Positions 37,659 to 46,994 of a DNA stretch of 58,172 bases are shown here, piece after piece. Origin of the DNA: Candidatus Thorarchaeota archaeon (GTDB lineage: Archaea; Asgardarchaeota; Thorarchaeia; Thorarchaeales; Thorarchaeaceae); contig JBHLRQ010000007.1 of the NCBI GenBank assembly GCA_048882385.1, positions 1 to 58,172 on the forward strand, given 5' to 3'. The notes beneath the pieces are model-generated. The model was not told where the DNA came from. It was given only the letters and a program-made list of their open reading frames with translations, and did no database searches. Every line of letters begins with the position of its first letter. Position 1 is the first letter of the stretch. Both the position numbers and the translations under genes were made by a program.

Positions 37659-38168
37659 GTGATGAATTTACAGCGTCTGAATTATGGATGGGTTCTTTTG
37701 CTAGTCCCCCTCATTCTCCTAAGTCAGCCAGTCTACTCAGTAGGAGAAAAAGAATCAGATGCAAGTATCGCAGCAGAAAGTATCTCACTTTCAGTAGACT
37801 TTGGAAATGGAACCATAGTTCAATTCACCAACCTCAACGGTTCAACTGTACTCGAAGTGACCTCAGCCCTGCTGGATGTTCAAGTTCAGTGGTATGGACC
37901 AATAGCTTACATCAGAAGCATAGAGGGGATCACTGGTGAGGGACAATACGGTTGGGAATACTGGGTGAACGGTGAGTTCGCGTCAGTAGGTGTTAATCTC
38001 TATATTCTTGAAGATGGTGATTCCATCGAGTGGGTTTACTCAGGACCAGACTCACAACCTCAAACTCGTGAAGACCCAACATTGCTTCCTGGAGCTGCTT
38101 CTGTCGCGATTGCAGGTTTCGGATTCATTGCATTAGTTTACATTCAAACTTCAAGGAGATTGGGATAA
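37659..38168 (+). CDS. DUF4430-like (transcobalamin C-terminal-like) membrane-anchored protein
   Basis: VDFGNG, YIRSIEG, GWEYWVNG..ASVG..Y.LEDGD.IEW; signal peptide and C-terminal TM helix. Confidence 0.75.
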   Translation: MMNLQRLNYGWVLLLVPLILLSQPVYSVGEKESDASIAAESISLSVDFGNGTIVQFTNLNGSTVLEVTSALLDVQVQWYGPIAYIRSIEGITGEGQYGWEYWVNGEFASVGVNLYILEDGDSIEWVYSGPDSQPQTREDPTLLPGAASVAIAGFGFIALVYIQTSRRLG

Positions 38169-38965
38169 TGAAGAGATTTCGTACTATTGTATTGCTTCTT
38201 GGCATTTTAATCATAATCTTTCATGTAACTCCACAATCTGCAGGATTGCCTACAGAATACCAAAATGGCTCGTATGTTACATGGACAGTAAATGTCGCTC
38301 CTCGAAATGTTACCAACATGTACTATTCGGAGGGAGGAAACATGCTCGCTGAAAATCTAAGTACAATGTCATGCGTTATTGATGATGTTTCCGACGATGT
38401 CACTGGAACATACATTATTGGTAATGTATCCGTCACAGCAAATGACACAGAAATTGCGAGAGATTTGGTGCTTGGCGTATGGGGAACACCAACTGAATGG
38501 TGGCCGGGATTGTTTGTTCAAACAGGAGAAAGCAATATCGAAATCTTGAATGCGACAGCATATGCTGCAGCAGAGAGAACTGCAGGCAATTATCTAAATG
38601 GAACAATGATATCCCGGTATGACAATGTCAGTGTGGTTGTGTGGAATAGTACTAGTCAGGTCTATAACCAAATTGAAGTGGAGTGTATCATCTTTGATTA
38701 TGAACAAGATCCAACGGCTTTTGGTGAGCCGCAAATTACTCACTTGGCGTATTCCTTGACCAGTGGCGTTCTCGTAAAAGCTAATACAAGTTACTCATTT
38801 GGAGATCCTTACAATCTTGTTCTTACTCTTGTCGAGTTGGCCCCACCCGTACCAGTTGACTTTACTCCATATCTTGGTGGTTTTATCACGTTTGCTGGAC
38901 TTATTGGGGGTGCAATTCTAGCGATAATAGTCATTGTCTATGTAAAATCAAGTCGGAGCAATTGA
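38168..38965 (+). CDS. Secreted, C-terminally anchored hypothetical protein
   Basis: Signal peptide, many N-glycosylation sequons, C-terminal TM helix; translationally coupled to the upstream gene. Confidence 0.7.
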   Translation: MKRFRTIVLLLGILIIIFHVTPQSAGLPTEYQNGSYVTWTVNVAPRNVTNMYYSEGGNMLAENLSTMSCVIDDVSDDVTGTYIIGNVSVTANDTEIARDLVLGVWGTPTEWWPGLFVQTGESNIEILNATAYAAAERTAGNYLNGTMISRYDNVSVVVWNSTSQVYNQIEVECIIFDYEQDPTAFGEPQITHLAYSLTSGVLVKANTSYSFGDPYNLVLTLVELAPPVPVDFTPYLGGFITFAGLIGGAILAIIVIVYVKSSRSN

Positions 38966-38981
38966 TCGAATAGGATGTGTA

Positions 38982-39626
38982 ATGATGAAAACCCACCTAT
39001 ACAGAAGAGGAATGACTCAGAGTAGATGGGTTTCAATAACAGCAATCATGACAGCACTTGCTCTTGTGGGTAACTATGCACTTGTGGCGGTACCAAATCT
39101 TGAGCTAGGCTCTAGTATTCTATTCCTGACCGCGTACATCTTTGGAATGCATATGGCAATCTGGTCTACACTCATAATGTCGCTACTGTTCGGAATCATA
39201 AATCCATGGGGAGCTTTTATTCCTCAAATCTGGATATCACAGGTAATAGGCTGGTTCTACATCGTGACTATAGGTTCAATCATGGGAAGACTTGGGCCAA
39301 ATGGAGAACGTCCTGAGCCAAGAAAATGGGAACTAGCCTTCACTGGGGCTTTTGTCACCTTCATCTTTGAACAGGTTACGAATATTGGATACTCGGTTAC
39401 TTTTGGTGTACCATTCTATCTTGCTGTAACAGCGGCCATACCATTCACTCTACTACATATTTTTTCCAATTCCATAGTCTTCTCCCAGGTTGTACCTATA
39501 TTGGATGCCACTTTGACACGGCAACTCAAAGGGCTTATCTGGAATACAGAGTATGAACAAGGTGTCAAAGAAGCTGGAACTATATCTGAAGAACTGCCAG
39601 AGGTATATGGAGAGAACCAAATTTGA
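38982..39626 (+). CDS. ECF transporter S-component (CbrT-like)
   Basis: AIMTAL, VPNLEL, about 6 TM segments, IPFTLLHIFSN. Confidence 0.75.
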   Translation: MMKTHLYRRGMTQSRWVSITAIMTALALVGNYALVAVPNLELGSSILFLTAYIFGMHMAIWSTLIMSLLFGIINPWGAFIPQIWISQVIGWFYIVTIGSIMGRLGPNGERPEPRKWELAFTGAFVTFIFEQVTNIGYSVTFGVPFYLAVTAAIPFTLLHIFSNSIVFSQVVPILDATLTRQLKGLIWNTEYEQGVKEAGTISEELPEVYGENQI

Positions 39627-40261
39627 CATGGAAAGATGAGTTCGTTAATCTATCACAACCAGCAGATGGTCGAGTGGCACCTGCATTCAAACCTCATCAT
39701 GCTGCAGTGGCTTTAATCATGATTGGTAGAGAACAGCCCCTTGGAAGGTATGAACTCTGTGGAAAGATGTCTATTGGGGAGGGAAGTGTTCGAACATTGC
39801 TCAAACGTCTTACAGAAGCAGATTATATTGAGCCAGAGGGAAAACAAGGACAAAAACTCACAGTAAAGGGGCACAGACTGTTTGATGAAGTATCGGAGGA
39901 TGTTCCTATTGGTCTTTCATTGGATGTTAGACAACTTGTGATGTATGATTATGCCTTCGCAAACCTAGTGAAGCAAAAAGCATCCAAAGTATCTGATGGA
40001 ATTAGACAGAGAGATGAAGCCATTATACAAGGCGGATATGGCAAAGCGGGAGCATCGACTTTGATTCAAAAGAATGTTAGGTTAGTGATGCCGCCGGATG
40101 ATTTCCACATATTGCTTGAATACGAAGATGAAACCCTACTCATTATTGAAAGTCTGCGACCCGTAGATGGAGATGTAGTAGTCATTGGGTCAGCAGATGA
40201 TCCAAACTTAGCGAGAGAAGTAGCTATGGCTTCGGTTATGACACTATTTGATGAGGGGTGA
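39623..40261 (+). CDS. wHTH protein (DUF4443/DUF2111-like)
   Basis: PLGRYEL...IGEGSVRTLLKRL; GIRQRDEAI..G..GA; GDVVVIG. Confidence 0.7.
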   Translation: MTWKDEFVNLSQPADGRVAPAFKPHHAAVALIMIGREQPLGRYELCGKMSIGEGSVRTLLKRLTEADYIEPEGKQGQKLTVKGHRLFDEVSEDVPIGLSLDVRQLVMYDYAFANLVKQKASKVSDGIRQRDEAIIQGGYGKAGASTLIQKNVRLVMPPDDFHILLEYEDETLLIIESLRPVDGDVVVIGSADDPNLAREVAMASVMTLFDEG

Positions 40262-41094
40262 AAATGCAATCCGACCTTTTCGGAAATGTTCCAGAGATTG
40301 TCATCGATGTGCATGAAACTGGCGGAAAGAAGATGAATGCTGTTAAGCATTTGATGTCTATGTTAGACAAAGAGAAAATTCACTACGTTGTGGAGAAGAT
40401 ACCTATCGGTGACATTTTAGGAATGGAAGGTATCGCGATTGAACGGAAAACAGTCAATGACCTAGTGAACACCCTGAAAGGGAGCAGCTCGGGAGTACCA
40501 CGTTTTACAAGGCAAATGGATGCGCTTCTAGAGTATGAGAAACCATATGTCCTGATAGAGAACATACTAGCAATTCGTAGAGATCCGATGAAGGGATGTG
40601 TCTACATCCCCTTCTCGACAAAGCAAACTAAGGGGAAACCCTACTTTGTAACAATGGAGAGAGCAAGCTACATACATCCAAGCGCTCTCGATGCATTAAT
40701 TGACAGCATTCGCGACAGGGGCATTCAGGTAATTGAAGGTTTCAATGCATTACACTCTGCAGGGCTCATCTATGGGGTACTTGTAGGTGATAATAAGACC
40801 CAGAAAGATAAGGAACAAAGATTGCCAATAATTAGAACGCGAAAAGGATTAGACTCGATGAACGATGAACAGGAGTTCTTCATTGCTGGTTTTCCAGGAG
40901 TCAACGTTGTACGAGCGAGAAGTCTACTTGAAAGATTCAAGACGCCTCATGATGTAATAAATCAAGCAGATGATTGGATAAGAATACCAGGAATAGGACC
41001 GAAGACTATTGCTTCAGCAAAAAGGATGTTATTCTCTGAGTACGAGGTTGACAAATCAAAAGAAGAAACAGATGATGAATCTTCTGAATCATAA
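40258..41094 (+). CDS. xpf: Short XPF/ERCC4 structure-specific endonuclease with HhH2
   Basis: IDVHE, GD...IERKTVNDL nuclease motif; PGVN..RA and IPGIGPK helix-hairpin-helix motifs. Confidence 0.85.
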   Translation: MKMQSDLFGNVPEIVIDVHETGGKKMNAVKHLMSMLDKEKIHYVVEKIPIGDILGMEGIAIERKTVNDLVNTLKGSSSGVPRFTRQMDALLEYEKPYVLIENILAIRRDPMKGCVYIPFSTKQTKGKPYFVTMERASYIHPSALDALIDSIRDRGIQVIEGFNALHSAGLIYGVLVGDNKTQKDKEQRLPIIRTRKGLDSMNDEQEFFIAGFPGVNVVRARSLLERFKTPHDVINQADDWIRIPGIGPKTIASAKRMLFSEYEVDKSKEETDDESSES

Positions 41095-41169
41095 TATTGC
41101 CAGCTCGATAATCTTAAAAGATGTCCTCCTGTGAAAACTAAGATAACTATTATATGACTGGAGAATAGT

Positions 41170-42261
41170 ATGATGGGAGACGTACGAGTAGCAATCGCTG
41201 GACTTGGTAACTGTGCCTCAGCACTTATTCAAGGCACACACTACTACAGAAATGCAAGAACAGATGAAGAAGTACCAGGTCTTATGCATGTAGATTTTGG
41301 CGGTTACTATCCAAAAGATTTCAAGTTCGTAGCAGCTTTTGAAGCGAATAGAAAGAAGATTGGCTTAGATATTGCAGAGGCCATGTGGGTTGAACCAAAT
41401 TGCTGTGTTGCATTTGCTCCAGATGTTCCAAAGACAGGAGTCAAAGTACTTCCAGGTCCAATTTCTGACGGTGTAGCCCCTCACATGAGAGAATCATTCT
41501 TTGCTTATGATGAGAAGGAAATTGAACCAGTGGATATTGTTGAAGAGTTAAAGAAGTCAAAAGCAGACATGTTGGTTTCATACCTTCCTGTGGGAAGTGC
41601 AGAAAGCTCGAGAATTTATGCAAGAGCGGCACTAGAAGCCGGAATAGGATACATCAATGCAATTCCAGAGTTTATTGTTTCAGATCCAAAATCACCAATC
41701 GCACAAGCTTTTGAGAAAGAGGGTATTCCATGTGCAGGTGATGACATCAAGAGCCAGCTAGGTGCAACAATCCTTCATCGGGTTCTCGCGCAGCTATTCG
41801 ACAAGAGAGGGCTGATTCTTCAAAACACCTACCAATTGAATATTGGGGGAAACACAGATTTCGAAAATATGCAGGTAGAGAACCGTCTGAGCTCTAAGAG
41901 AATCAGCAAGACTGAAGCAGTTACAAGCTGTGTGGAATATGAGCTACCTACCAAGATCGGACCAAGCGATTACGTACCTTTCCTAAATGACAATAAAGTG
42001 TGTTACATCAGCATGAGGTCCAAGGCTTTCGGAGACTTACCAATTGACTTGGACTTGAAACTCTCAGTCCAAGACTCACCGAACAGTGGTGGAGTTATAA
42101 TCGATGTTGCCAGAGCTGTTAAAATTGCTTTAGACCGAGGTATTGGAGGAGAACTCTCAAGCATCAGCTCATATAGTTTCAAGCATCCTCGTTACCAGAT
42201 AGATGACTTCGAAGCAAGAAAACGTGTCGATGAATTCATTGAGGGTAAGCGTGAACGCTAG
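41170..42261 (+). CDS. ino1: Myo-inositol-1-phosphate synthase
   Basis: GLGNCASALIQG, YLPVGS, GDDIKSQLGATI, QLNIGGNTDF, SKRISKT, DSPNSGG. Confidence 0.95.
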   Translation: MMGDVRVAIAGLGNCASALIQGTHYYRNARTDEEVPGLMHVDFGGYYPKDFKFVAAFEANRKKIGLDIAEAMWVEPNCCVAFAPDVPKTGVKVLPGPISDGVAPHMRESFFAYDEKEIEPVDIVEELKKSKADMLVSYLPVGSAESSRIYARAALEAGIGYINAIPEFIVSDPKSPIAQAFEKEGIPCAGDDIKSQLGATILHRVLAQLFDKRGLILQNTYQLNIGGNTDFENMQVENRLSSKRISKTEAVTSCVEYELPTKIGPSDYVPFLNDNKVCYISMRSKAFGDLPIDLDLKLSVQDSPNSGGVIIDVARAVKIALDRGIGGELSSISSYSFKHPRYQIDDFEARKRVDEFIEGKRER

Positions 42262-42277
42262 TCTATAAAAAGAAGGT

Positions 42278-42305
42278 GAGTCAGCCTAGTCTACTAGGCT
42301 GATTC
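42278..42305. terminator. Hairpin between the convergent ino1 and M42 peptidase genes
   Basis: GAGTCAGCCTAGT 42278-42290 / ACTAGGCTGATTC 42293-42305. Confidence 0.65.
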
Positions 42306-42309
42306 TCTA

Positions 42310-43464
42310 TCACTCAAGAGATGTGAAGCTCTTGACTACTTTTTCATCAAGTTTCTGTAGCACTTCTACAAGGAGCTGCACTGCAGCCTCAACGTCGCTT
42401 AAGTCAAGAATGCCATTGTGAGAATGGATGTACCTAGTGGGAATTCCAAGGAACAATGAAGGGGCTCCCATTCCAGCAAGATGAATCTGACCTGCATCAG
42501 TTCCGCCACTCTTGAGGAATGCAGGCTGATGACGAATTTCCATCTCCTCAGCTATATTCAGAACAAACCTACGGAATTTTGGATTTGGAATCATAGAGCC
42601 ATCTCCAGCAGAGATTGCTACACCCTTGCCCATTTTCTGAACAAGTCCTTCAGAACCTGGTGAGTCGCCTGATATGTCGACATCAAGAGCGAATCCAATG
42701 TCTGGTTTTATCATCTGAGCAGATGTCTTGGCACCTCTAAGCCCAACCTCTTCTTGGACAGTGGATACAAAATAGACAGTGTTTGGTAGAGAGACGTCTT
42801 TCTCTGATATTCTGCGTAATGCTTCTAAGGCAATGAAAACCCCAATTCGGTCATCAAAGGCTTTTGCTACAGCAAGGGTAACCTCACGCTCCTCTTCCTT
42901 CGCATCCTTGTCATCCTCGTTTTCCTTCTCTTTCCGTATTCGCTTCATAGTACGAAAATCAGCACGTGGAACAGCGGGGTCACCGACACGAATTCCAAGT
43001 TTCTTGACTTCCTCTCTGGACGAACACCCGATGTCTATGTACATCTTCTCTTTTGTTACTACTTTGGTACGCATCTCTGGTGTCAGCACATGCGGTGGTG
43101 GAGCTCCTATTACACCGATAATCTTCTCATTGCTCTCTGAGGGCTGAATGACTACCTCTTGTGTCAGTAAGGTCTGGTCCCACCATCCTCCAAGTTGATG
43201 AAACTGAAGGTATCCATCCTTCTTTATGTTCGTTATGACGAAACCGATTTCATCAACGTGTCCTGCAATCATAATCTTAGGACCACTATCTCCTTTCTTG
43301 AAGATGAGCGAACCTATACCATCTTGGAGAACTTCGACACCGAAATTTTTGGCGTACTCAATTACCACCTTTTGAGCCTCTTGCTCATGACCACTTGGGC
43401 CAAATGCATTACAGAGATTCTCCAGTAGTTTCAAATCTAAATTATAATCTGTCATACAACTCAC
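42310..43464 (-). CDS. M42 family (TET) aminopeptidase
   Basis: GPSGHE, GHVDEIG, KAFDDR, QEEVGLRGA, GGTDA, RYIHS. Confidence 0.93.
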   Translation of the reverse strand: MSCMTDYNLDLKLLENLCNAFGPSGHEQEAQKVVIEYAKNFGVEVLQDGIGSLIFKKGDSGPKIMIAGHVDEIGFVITNIKKDGYLQFHQLGGWWDQTLLTQEVVIQPSESNEKIIGVIGAPPPHVLTPEMRTKVVTKEKMYIDIGCSSREEVKKLGIRVGDPAVPRADFRTMKRIRKEKENEDDKDAKEEEREVTLAVAKAFDDRIGVFIALEALRRISEKDVSLPNTVYFVSTVQEEVGLRGAKTSAQMIKPDIGFALDVDISGDSPGSEGLVQKMGKGVAISAGDGSMIPNPKFRRFVLNIAEEMEIRHQPAFLKSGGTDAGQIHLAGMGAPSLFLGIPTRYIHSHNGILDLSDVEAAVQLLVEVLQKLDEKVVKSFTSLE

Positions 43465-43546
43465 TTCATTTCCCTTGGGATATGTTTTGTTCGATAGAAT
43501 TCGCTCTTTAGTGGTTTTGGTTAGAGCATAAGTTAGGGTAATTCCT

Positions 43547-44089
43547 TCATGACATAGTTAGACTGCTCTTTGCCAGAAGAGTAAATGCCTCTTCTACGTT
43601 CTGACCAGTAAGAGCACTTGTTTCCAAATAACCAGTCAAATTGTTTTCTCTGACAAAATCCATTCCCATTTCACTGGTTATGACTCTGTGCTCATCAAGA
43701 TCAACCTTGTTTGCCAAGAGAATTATTGGTATGCGTTCTCCAAGTGCATCTTCGGTTTCTTTGATCCATTTTGGCAACTCGAGCCAAGTACTTTTGCGGG
43801 TAGTATCGAAAACTAGGAGGGCTCCCTTTGAACCCCGATAATAACTGCCACGAATGAAATCGAAACGTTGCTGCCCAGCCAGGTCCCAAACAAGCATTTT
43901 CACAACAACGCTTTGACCATTTGCAGTTTCAACTGCTACGGTCTTAACAGCAAATTGAGAACCGATAGTAACAATGTATTCTTCGGAGAACTTGTGTGTA
44001 AGAAAACGGTTGACTAGTGCTGTCTTACCACTGCCGCCAGCCCCTATCATGACGACTTTTCGCATGTAGTCAAATCCGCCGCTACTCAA
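43547..44089 (-). CDS. Rab-like small GTPase
   Basis: GAGGSGKT, TIGSQF, WDLAGQQRF, YYRGS, LVFD, NKVD, ETSA; TTG start with a GAGGTGA RBS. Confidence 0.92.
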   Translation of the reverse strand: MSSGGFDYMRKVVMIGAGGSGKTALVNRFLTHKFSEEYIVTIGSQFAVKTVAVETANGQSVVVKMLVWDLAGQQRFDFIRGSYYRGSKGALLVFDTTRKSTWLELPKWIKETEDALGERIPIILLANKVDLDEHRVITSEMGMDFVRENNLTGYLETSALTGQNVEEAFTLLAKSSLTMS

Positions 44090-44285
44090 GTTTTCACCTC
44101 GCCCAATTGACCGGGCAACCTGCTCAGATAAATGGAATCACATAGGAGGGGGATAATGCTTCCACCCGCAAGATTCCGTATTCGAACTTGGCTCCACTCC
44201 TTTTAGCCTTTTATGGGTTCAATGCCGCCAGATGAGTTATCATCTAAAAGCGCACAATGGGTTGGCGCGCTGATAGAATTACTAG

Positions 44286-44310
44286 GTACCGATTTATATT
44301 CGGTATTACC
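44286..44310 (+). promoter_or_regulatory. Promoter/operator of the RHH gene
   Basis: TTTATA 44293-44298 is flanked by inverted repeat GTACCGA/TCGGTAT; palindrome GGTATTACC at 44302-44310. Confidence 0.55.
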
Positions 44311-44339
44311 GGGTTAACACCTGCCATGAGGGATAATCC

Positions 44340-44519
44340 TTGAAGCTGATTACAGTAAAGATGAGTGACATCTACGTGAATGGACTTGACAAATTAGTAG
44401 AGATAGGAATGTATCCCTCAAGGAGTGAGGCTATAAGGGTAGCAATTAGAGACCTTTTGCGACGCGAGCTTTGGCCAGTAGATGGTAGTCCAATCAATAT
44501 GAATAATGAGAATGAATAA
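44340..44519 (+). CDS. Ribbon-helix-helix regulator, CdrS/aCcr1-like (59 aa, not in the ORF track)
   Basis: TTG start; MKLITVKMSDIYVNGLDKLVEIGMYPSRSEAIRVAIRDLLRRELWPVDGSPINMNNENE*. Confidence 0.88.
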   Translation: MKLITVKMSDIYVNGLDKLVEIGMYPSRSEAIRVAIRDLLRRELWPVDGSPINMNNENE

Positions 44520-44587
44520 TCAGGATTTCGTGCCCACAAGACACATTAATACAAATGCGTTGAAAAAGATGTTAACCGCGCTTAAGC

Positions 44588-45118
44588 ATGGAGGACACTG
44601 ATTTGAACTTCAGAGTATTCTTCAAGAGCGTCAAGTTCGCATTCCGAGCAAGAATTCGAGTGTTGGCCTTTATCCTAATCTATGCAATATTATTCATCAT
44701 TGTATCTAAAGGTCTAACAAATGATCCTAGTGGATGGCTCACATATGTTGGAATGGCGTTCATTGTTGCTACAATATATGCAATTTTGATATCACAGTTC
44801 AGGAGAAGGGATATTTCGATCTTCAAGTGTATCGGATGGGACAATAATAACGTAATGCTATTGATGGTTGGAGAAGTTGTATTAGTATCATTCAGTGCAT
44901 TTCTAGTAGTTTTCCAAGTTAGTATAGAGATTATTGGTTTCATAGGATACTTTGGAGCATCTGCACTTCTGACAAGTGTCCAGGATTTGCTCTATATTAG
45001 TCCAGCATCCATGGCAGTGACCTTATTCTGGATCATTCTTGCTCAATTACCAGGTCTAGCATTATCAATGTGGAGAGCAACACAGGTGCCCCCGATGAGG
45101 GCTTTGAGGGAGGAATGA
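44588..45118 (+). CDS. Short FtsX-like ABC permease
   Basis: RRRDISIFKCIGW...GE, about 4 TM segments, PPMRALREE ending. Confidence 0.8.
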   Translation: MEDTDLNFRVFFKSVKFAFRARIRVLAFILIYAILFIIVSKGLTNDPSGWLTYVGMAFIVATIYAILISQFRRRDISIFKCIGWDNNNVMLLMVGEVVLVSFSAFLVVFQVSIEIIGFIGYFGASALLTSVQDLLYISPASMAVTLFWIILAQLPGLALSMWRATQVPPMRALREE

Positions 45119-45120
45119 AA

Positions 45121-45795
45121 ATGGCAGGTAAAATCATTCTTGAAGAAGTTAACAAGGAATATGGAAAGGGCAAGAATACAGTAGCCGCTTTGAAGGATGT
45201 GAATTTAGAAATATCGGATGGAGAATTTATTGCCATTCTTGGTCCAAGTGGCTGTGGAAAATCAACACTCCTTCACGTAATGTCAGGGCTTGAAGCACCT
45301 TCTTCAGGACAGGTCATTGTAGACAAGGTAGATGTGACTTTAATCAGTGAGCGGGACATGCCAAAGGTTCGAGCTAAGAAAATCGGATTTGTCTTTCAGT
45401 CATTTCTATTGGTAGAGCATCTTACCGCATACGAGAATGTAGAGGCTGTTCTCTGGCCTAGAGAGGATATGACAAAAACAGAACAAGAGGAAAGAACTCT
45501 TGCAGTGCTTCGAGAGGTAGATATGCTAGAGAGACGCGACCACTTTCCAAAGCAACTTTCTGGTGGAGAACAACAACGTGTGGCTATTGCCAGAGCATTA
45601 GTCAATTCACCACCAATTTTGTTCTGCGATGAGCCGACTGGGAATCTCGATAGTAAAACTGGTGAGAACATCCTCAAAATAATAGCTCAACTCAATAGAG
45701 AGAAAAACATGACTGTGGTTCTTGTTACTCACAATCACGATATCGCAAAGTTCGCAAAAAGGACACTAAACATGAAAGATGGTGTTATTCGATAG
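45121..45795 (+). CDS. ABC transporter ATP-binding protein (LolD/MacB-like)
   Basis: GPSGCGKST, GFVFQ, LSGGEQQRVAIARAL, DEPTGNLD, VTH. Confidence 0.95.
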   Translation: MAGKIILEEVNKEYGKGKNTVAALKDVNLEISDGEFIAILGPSGCGKSTLLHVMSGLEAPSSGQVIVDKVDVTLISERDMPKVRAKKIGFVFQSFLLVEHLTAYENVEAVLWPREDMTKTEQEERTLAVLREVDMLERRDHFPKQLSGGEQQRVAIARALVNSPPILFCDEPTGNLDSKTGENILKIIAQLNREKNMTVVLVTHNHDIAKFAKRTLNMKDGVIR

Positions 45796-45822
45796 CATGC
45801 ACACTTCCAATGTGGAGCCCTG

Positions 45823-46662
45823 ATGAAATTGCAGCAGTCTGACTGCCAGAAGCAGGAAAAACAAGCTGAAGAACTGGCAGATTCTGGCAAGAATGAAGAA
45901 GCAATGATTCGCTTTCAGAAAGCTGGCGACTGCTGGAACAGATGGGAATCATTCTCAAAAGCAGCTAATGCATACGAGAGAGCGTATGAACACGGGATGC
46001 TAGCACACCAATATGAGAAGGCCGCACGCATAATGACTAGTGCTAGTGCAGCGTGGATAAAATTTGGAGAACATGAGAAGTTTGAGATTGATTGCCAAAT
46101 TGCCGCTCAAGCCTATGTATCTGCTGCTGAAGAGAAGAAGGACCCATATCTACTGCTTGATGGATCATTCTGTGCTATTACAGGTGGAGACATAGACCTC
46201 GCACGACAATTGATTGACGCAGTCATAAAAATAACAAAGGGTGAAGTCACAGGTCTAATTGATCTGGCTCTAATGTTAATGGAGTATCGTTTTGGTGATG
46301 CCAATAAACTAATGGAATCAGTCATAGCAAATGAAATCACAAGGAAGGAACTTGGAAAACTGAGACGTTCATTCGAACTTGTTCTATCAGGTTTCATCCG
46401 CACATCACTTGAGTCTGAAGCTGCTGTGACAATAGCGAGTCTGGAAGAGAGTACTGGGTTAGACCGAAATCAACTGAAGAAATTGATTGTAAGAGCTATT
46501 GAGAACGGGTATATTCCAGCATATCTTGATGAGGTCACTGATGAGCTGATTGTAGATAGTGATCGATATGACATCTCTGTTTTGGAAACTAGAAAAAGAC
46601 CAATACTCAGCAGAGACCTAGAGGATCCAGGTGCGTGGGATATAGACTTAGACGAAAAATGA
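45823..46662 (+). CDS. Helical-repeat (alpha-SNAP/TPR-like) protein with a C-terminal PCI-like winged helix
   Basis: FQKAGDCW...KAANAYERA repeats; C-terminal [11 protein letters not shown]...[25 protein letters not shown]. Confidence 0.65.
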   Translation: MKLQQSDCQKQEKQAEELADSGKNEEAMIRFQKAGDCWNRWESFSKAANAYERAYEHGMLAHQYEKAARIMTSASAAWIKFGEHEKFEIDCQIAAQAYVSAAEEKKDPYLLLDGSFCAITGGDIDLARQLIDAVIKITKGEVTGLIDLALMLMEYRFGDANKLMESVIANEITRKELGKLRRSFELVLSGFIRTSLESEAAVTIASLEESTGLDRNQLKKLIVRAIENGYIPAYLDEVTDELIVDSDRYDISVLETRKRPILSRDLEDPGAWDIDLDEK

Positions 46663-46763
46663 GGAAAATTGAAGACCAGCTTCTTAAAGCTCCCCAAGAA
46701 ACCTTTTTAGTACCATTGCTGAAACACTCAATTGCCCGCCCAATATTATAGGTGGAACTACAA

Positions 46764-46979
46764 ATGGCTGAAGGGCTGAAATGGTTGCAGTGTCCCGTCT
46801 GCAAAGAGTCAATCTATTGGGAGATTCCATTAGATGAGCTTAAGAAAGTTAAACGGTTCCCTGCTCCAGTTGTAGTGAAGCACAAGGATCATTATTTAGT
46901 CTGCTATCTCGACAGCCATCATCAGCTTGCTGACACTGAAGTTGCAATTGCAGGTGTTGATGGAAAGGAAAAGAAATAG
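46764..46979 (+). CDS. Small zinc-finger-like protein
   Basis: CPVC ... HKDH..VCYLD; ATG at 46764. Confidence 0.7.
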   Translation: MAEGLKWLQCPVCKESIYWEIPLDELKKVKRFPAPVVVKHKDHYLVCYLDSHHQLADTEVAIAGVDGKEKK

Positions 46980-46994
46980 CAATCAATGATAAAT

